Positions 34,334-38,571 of a stretch of 38,571 bases of DNA are shown here, piece by piece (position 1 is the stretch's first letter; each line of letters starts with the position of its first letter). The stretch lies in contig CAYVYK010000014.1 in the NCBI GenBank assembly GCA_964455675.1, positions 1 through 38,571 on the forward strand, given 5' to 3'. Source of the stretch: an uncultured Methanosarcinales archaeon (GTDB lineage Archaea > Nanobdellota > Nanobdellia > Woesearchaeales > CAYVYK01). The translations under genes and the position numbers were made by a program. A model generated the notes under the pieces. The model ran no database searches. It worked only from the letters and a program-made list of their open reading frames with translations, and was not told where the DNA came from.

Positions 34334-35665
34334 ATGGCCAAGACGGTAATGATTATTGGCGCGGGGGCGAGAGAGCATGCGATTTCTGACGCATACGAGA
34401 GAAGTAATGATGTTAGCCGTATTATTGTCGCTCCGGGCAATGGTCTTATTCCTTGGAATCGCCAAAAGGAGGTTCTGATTGATCCTTCCTGTAAGCTGAA
34501 GGATGCGAGTTCATTTCTGGCGCTTGCGAAAAAGTACAAGCCTGATGTGGTGGATGTTGCTCAGGATGATGCGCTTGCTGCTGGAACGGTTGACTTGCTC
34601 AAAGAGCACGGCTTCACTGTCTTTGGCCCCTCGCGAGCTGCAGCCCGTATTGAGTGGGACAAGGCCTGGTCTCGTGACGTAATGCTGGAATGCATGATCC
34701 CTCATCCGAATTACCATATTTTTGACTCACCTGTGGAGGCAAAAAATTTTCTGGGAACATTGAATGATCTATCTCCTATTTCTGATAGACATTGTTTCTA
34801 TGTGAAGGCTTCCGGTCTTTGCCAGGGTAAGGGTGCATTGCGTGTTTCCTCATTAAAGGATGCGCTTTCAGCCGTGGATAAAATGGCGTCATTTGGTGAT
34901 GCCGGCAAGGTATTCCTCATCGAGGCTGCACTTACAGGTTCTGAATTTTCATCGTATGCTATATGTGATGGTGAGCACGCCATTTTTCTTGGTTCCGCTC
35001 AGGATCATAAGCGTGCTCTGAACTTTGATGTCGGTGAACAAACCGGGGGTATGGGTGCCATTTCCCCCGTAAGTATCACTGAAGGGAAACAGCCCGAGCT
35101 TGATGAGATTATAGAAAAAGCTTGTGCTGGGATGAAGCAGAGGGGTGCTCCTTATACGGGTATCCTGTACTTAGGTGGTATTTCGAATGGTTCTCCGAGC
35201 GTCATCGAGTTTAATGCGCGATGGGGCGATCCAGAGTGCCAGGTGGTGCTACCTGGTTTCGAGGGTGACTACTGTGCTCTCGTTCAGTCCGCGCTTGCTG
35301 GGAAACTTCATGAGGTCTCTCCAAAGTTTGACACCAAGGTTCGTATCTGTGTTGTCGGCGCATCCCGAGGATATCCTGGTGATTATTCAGTTGCCATGGG
35401 ACTTAGGATTGTTGGTTTAGAGGATGCTGCAAAAGTCCCCGGTGTTAAAGTCCTTGGTGCAGGTATTCGTGAGGAGGATGGCAAATTTTATGCGAATGGC
35501 GGACGCCTTTTTAACATCGTTGCCGAAGCTGATTCTTTGCAGGAAGCGAGAGCGCGTGCCTATGATGCAATGTCTCGTGTGTACATTCCAGGTAACAACT
35601 TGCATTTCCGTACGGACATTGGCTGGCGCGAACTCGAAAGAAAATCTCCGCTCGTCCGTGCATGA
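34334..35665 (+). CDS. purD: Phosphoribosylamine--glycine ligase
   Basis: IGAGAREHA, APGN, FGPSRAAARIE, VKASGLCQGKG, QDHKR, TGGMGA, EFNARWGDPE, GYP and FRTDIG. Start moved to ATG 34334. Confidence 0.95.
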   Translation: MAKTVMIIGAGAREHAISDAYERSNDVSRIIVAPGNGLIPWNRQKEVLIDPSCKLKDASSFLALAKKYKPDVVDVAQDDALAAGTVDLLKEHGFTVFGPSRAAARIEWDKAWSRDVMLECMIPHPNYHIFDSPVEAKNFLGTLNDLSPISDRHCFYVKASGLCQGKGALRVSSLKDALSAVDKMASFGDAGKVFLIEAALTGSEFSSYAICDGEHAIFLGSAQDHKRALNFDVGEQTGGMGAISPVSITEGKQPELDEIIEKACAGMKQRGAPYTGILYLGGISNGSPSVIEFNARWGDPECQVVLPGFEGDYCALVQSALAGKLHEVSPKFDTKVRICVVGASRGYPGDYSVAMGLRIVGLEDAAKVPGVKVLGAGIREEDGKFYANGGRLFNIVAEADSLQEARARAYDAMSRVYIPGNNLHFRTDIGWRELERKSPLVRA

Positions 35666-35717
35666 ATGGTCGCACGATCAATTACGCCTAGCAGAGCCAT
35701 CATGAAACCGCACGTCA

Positions 35718-36060
35718 CGCAAAGGCATCATTAAGGCATCGCCTTAAGATGCCGTCCGGTACCGGGCGACCGACGGGAGCCCGACCGTCCTACGATATTA
35801 TTCTGATGTTGTGTCGTGCTTCAGCGACCNNNNNNNNNNNNNNNNNNNNNNNNNNNNNNNNNNNNNNNNNNNNNNNNNNNNNNNNNNNNNNNNNNNNNNN
35901 NNNNNNNNNNNNNNNNNNNNNNNNNNNNNACCGTCCTACGATATTATTCTGATGTTGTGTCGTGCTTCAGCGACCGATGGGAGCCCGACCGTCCTACGAT
36001 ATTATTCTGATGTTGTGTCGTGCTTCAGCGACCGATGGGAGCGCGATCGTCCCGCGATAG
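35718..36060 (+). repeat. Structured repeat element copy 2: 79-nt hairpin head plus 58-bp tandem unit, interrupted by a 100-N scaffold gap
   Basis: Two contiguous 58-bp copies start at 35930 and 35988, and another precedes the gap. The head is homologous to 15177-15255. Confidence 0.88.
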
Positions 36061-36092
36061 TGTTATTCAAGAAAAAGAATAGACCATGCGAA

Positions 36093-37112
36093 TCAGATAC
36101 CCTTTACAGTCTCATCAATCCGAGCAACTCCCTTGTCCGCATCCACATGAACGATTGTCCCGCTTTTGAATGTTTTGGATGCATTTTTCGTTCCAATAAT
36201 GCATGGCTTCTTGAGCTCTCGTGAGATAATCGCCGCATGCGATAGCACTCCTCCTTCATCTGCAATAATCGCTACCGCACGCTTGATGAGTGGTGCCATA
36301 TCTGGATGTGTTGATGGGGCTACCAGTACAAATCCGTCCGGTGCGTCCTTTCGTTCGAGAATGTTGAGGACGTGTCCGCGCGCGGTTCCGCCGTATGCCA
36401 CGTGTCCGTGTACTTCTTTTCCAATTGGGGTTTCAAGCAGTGCCTGAACCGCCCGAAGCGTTCCACCGTCGGTAAAGACGCTCTCTTCGGCTCCTTCTCG
36501 CACGTACACGTAGCCATACATGCGGATCGAAACATCCATTCGTTTCCCTTTCATGAATCCTTCAAGTTCGTTGAGTGTCATATTGCGCAGCATTCCTTTT
36601 GTGATCTTGTTCTTCTGTTCTATCCGCTCGAGTTCCGCAAGGAGTGTGCGTTCGACTTTGGTGTAGTAGCTTGCCACTTCCTGGCGTTCTTTGGCTAGCC
36701 GCGCAATCATGTCCGGAGACAATTTTCCCTCAGTATCTGCGTATCTCCAGAAGCAGTTGTACGTTCCAATGCATGCCATGTACGTTGCGTAGTCTTCAAG
36801 CACGTGCTGGATGATGGGTTTTGGTATCTTGCTCACGCGCTGGAACGCCTGCCACGCCCTTCGAAGCACGTCTTCCGCTTTTCCGTCGCTGATGAGTTGT
36901 GCGGTTTTCTCGCGAATTTCTTCCTCATTCATCAGCGTATGAAAATACTTATCCTTTCCGTATGCCGCAAGCGCTCGGTACGTGAATCCCGCGATTTTCT
37001 GCATGTGCACGGAATACCCTTCGCCGATCGCGGACAGCGTCACAAGGGAGAGCTCTCTCTGCGTGGCAGGTGTTAGGCTGTGCGTTTGGATGAGTTCAAG
37101 AACTGGTTTCAT
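36093..37112 (-). CDS. PEP-utilising enzyme mobile (swivelling phospho-His) domain protein with an uncharacterised helical N-terminus
   Basis: VLVAPSTHPD...AIIADEGGVLSHAAIISRELKKPCIIGTKNA...VDADKG. Confidence 0.92.
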   Translation of the reverse strand: MKPVLELIQTHSLTPATQRELSLVTLSAIGEGYSVHMQKIAGFTYRALAAYGKDKYFHTLMNEEEIREKTAQLISDGKAEDVLRRAWQAFQRVSKIPKPIIQHVLEDYATYMACIGTYNCFWRYADTEGKLSPDMIARLAKERQEVASYYTKVERTLLAELERIEQKNKITKGMLRNMTLNELEGFMKGKRMDVSIRMYGYVYVREGAEESVFTDGGTLRAVQALLETPIGKEVHGHVAYGGTARGHVLNILERKDAPDGFVLVAPSTHPDMAPLIKRAVAIIADEGGVLSHAAIISRELKKPCIIGTKNASKTFKSGTIVHVDADKGVARIDETVKGI

Positions 37113-38571
37113 GTTGGGCCCTCTTCATGATGTGTACTTTGCCTTTGTCCGCGTCCACTTCAACAAGATCGCCTTCCTTCAGCATCCGCGTGCAATTTCC
37201 TGTCCCCACAATACACGGTTTCTTGAGCTCTCGTGCAATGATTGCTGCATGTGAAGTTATGCCTCCTTCCTCCGTGACAAATGCTGCTGCTTTTTTCATG
37301 GCGGGCGCGTAATCTGGCATCGTGACTTTGGCGACGAGAATGTTTCCTTCCTTTACTTTGGGTAGGTCTTCCTTGCCGTGCACGAGTACAACGATCCCTG
37401 TTACTTTCCCCTTGTGCGCGATCGTTCCGTGAATGGTTTCGTCCTTGCCTTCTTGCCGCGCAATGACGCGCGTCACGTCATCGAGGAATGCCTGCTCTTG
37501 TACAATCCTTGGCTTGCCTTCCTCATAGAAATACACATACTGATTGTTTGATCTCATATGCACCGTATCGTAATTGGGTAGCTTTCCGCATCTCAGAAAT
37601 TCTGTGATCTCTTCATTCATGCAGTACGTGACGTCCTTGCGCGTCCATGGTCTGTTGCTTGCCTTGGCAAGCTTATGAGCAATAGTGTCAAACACGATGC
37701 GGAGTGCCGTTTGCGTTTTCTTCCACTGGTCGAGCCTGTCCGTTCGAAGATGTGTGTATGCATGGATGATATCGGCAAGAAGCACAACACGCGTCGCCCC
37801 AATCTCCTTCCGAACGCGTAGGTATTCTTTGGCTGCGAATTTGACATTCTTTTGCATTTCCCTTCGCTCATGCCGTGCAGCTTCAGGTGTAAGCTTCTTG
37901 ACTTCTTCCGCAAAATATCTTGCGTCGAGTAACGGTTCGATGAATGAGTACTCGCTATACCACGCATAGTGCTCCGCAAGTTGTTGCGGTGTTGGTCTTC
38001 CGGTTAACCTGCTTTGGATGATCTTGAGCCTCATGTGTTGGAATTCGTTCAGCACTTCAGGTGTTGAGATAATACTAAAGCTTGCCTCATCAATGCTTTT
38101 TCTGCACTCGGGATCAAGGTGGCGTTCTATCGCGTATGGCGCAAGGATGATGTCCGCGTATGTCGTGATGCTTTTCGTCCATGCCGTGTACACACCAAGG
38201 AATTCTTTGTTCGTTCGTGCTCTTAGTGCGCTTTGAGCGATAAGAGAAAGATCCTGCACAAACTTCCGGTAGTGGGCTTGATGCTTCTTCCATGCTGCCC
38301 TGCTCGAGAATTGTTCCGCGATCACTTTGCGATATCCTCGGTCCATGTCATCTGCTTGCACATAGCATGCCCTGTTGTGTCCTTCAGCGGGTATCGATAC
38401 ATACCGTGCTAAGGAGTACCCCCACCAGATTCCTCGTGCCATCTCGTCCCGCTGTGCTGTCATTGGTCGTGTTGCAAACCGAGATAGGTTTTGGATGTAG
38501 GATGGAGGACGAAGAGCAGCAGTCCTCCTCTCAATCTTTCGGACAATGCCCTTGTCCGCGTCCACTTCCAC
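37096..38571 (-). CDS. PEP-utilising enzyme mobile-domain protein, 5'-truncated by the window edge; appears to contain at least two fused modules
   Basis: C-terminal ILVAKVTMPD...TEEGGITSHAAIIARELKKPCIVG...VEVDADKG. The window-edge end reads VEVDADKGIVRKI in the same frame, which is the tail of another mobile domain. Confidence 0.9.
   Translation of the reverse strand: MEVDADKGIVRKIERRTAALRPPSYIQNLSRFATRPMTAQRDEMARGIWWGYSLARYVSIPAEGHNRACYVQADDMDRGYRKVIAEQFSSRAAWKKHQAHYRKFVQDLSLIAQSALRARTNKEFLGVYTAWTKSITTYADIILAPYAIERHLDPECRKSIDEASFSIISTPEVLNEFQHMRLKIIQSRLTGRPTPQQLAEHYAWYSEYSFIEPLLDARYFAEEVKKLTPEAARHERREMQKNVKFAAKEYLRVRKEIGATRVVLLADIIHAYTHLRTDRLDQWKKTQTALRIVFDTIAHKLAKASNRPWTRKDVTYCMNEEITEFLRCGKLPNYDTVHMRSNNQYVYFYEEGKPRIVQEQAFLDDVTRVIARQEGKDETIHGTIAHKGKVTGIVVLVHGKEDLPKVKEGNILVAKVTMPDYAPAMKKAAAFVTEEGGITSHAAIIARELKKPCIVGTGNCTRMLKEGDLVEVDADKGKVHIMKRAQHETSS

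Noticed and set aside
35770..36050. CRISPR array
   Set aside because: The intervening segments are identical rather than unique spacers, and no cas genes are in the window.

Overview
This is an archaeal genomic window, most consistent with a DPANN lineage (Woesearchaeota-like). The evidence is an archaeal-type alaS, nreA, dph2 and TATA boxes about 23 nt before leaderless ATGs. The dominant feature is missing from the supplied ORF track: one uninterrupted minus-strand reading frame from 12252 that runs off the left edge (>=4084 aa). It encodes a giant surface protein with a signal anchor, acidic linkers, an N-glycosylation sequon array, LamG domains and right-handed beta-helices. In its middle sits a complete ~14-TM 'MFS-like + spermidine-synthase-fold' module, apparently inserted inside an otherwise extracellular domain. 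Other unexplained structure: (1) two related non-coding elements 20.5 kb apart share a 79-nt head whose main hairpin differs only by compensatory base-pair changes, each followed by its own tandem repeat broken by an assembly gap; (2) an RBS-preceded pair of micro-ORFs, one poly-Lys (10 aa) and one poly-Asp (15 aa); (3) a split dph2; (4) a membrane-tethered HTH / dockerin / Cys-rich surface-protein cluster; (5) tandem PEP-utiliser mobile-domain proteins. The rest is housekeeping or accessory (DHH phosphoesterase, HEPN-like protein, TPR, histidine phosphatase, geranylgeranyl reductase family, nucleotidyltransferase, purD). No tRNA, rRNA, CRISPR array or transposase was recognised. All domain calls come from manual translation and motif recognition, not database searches.
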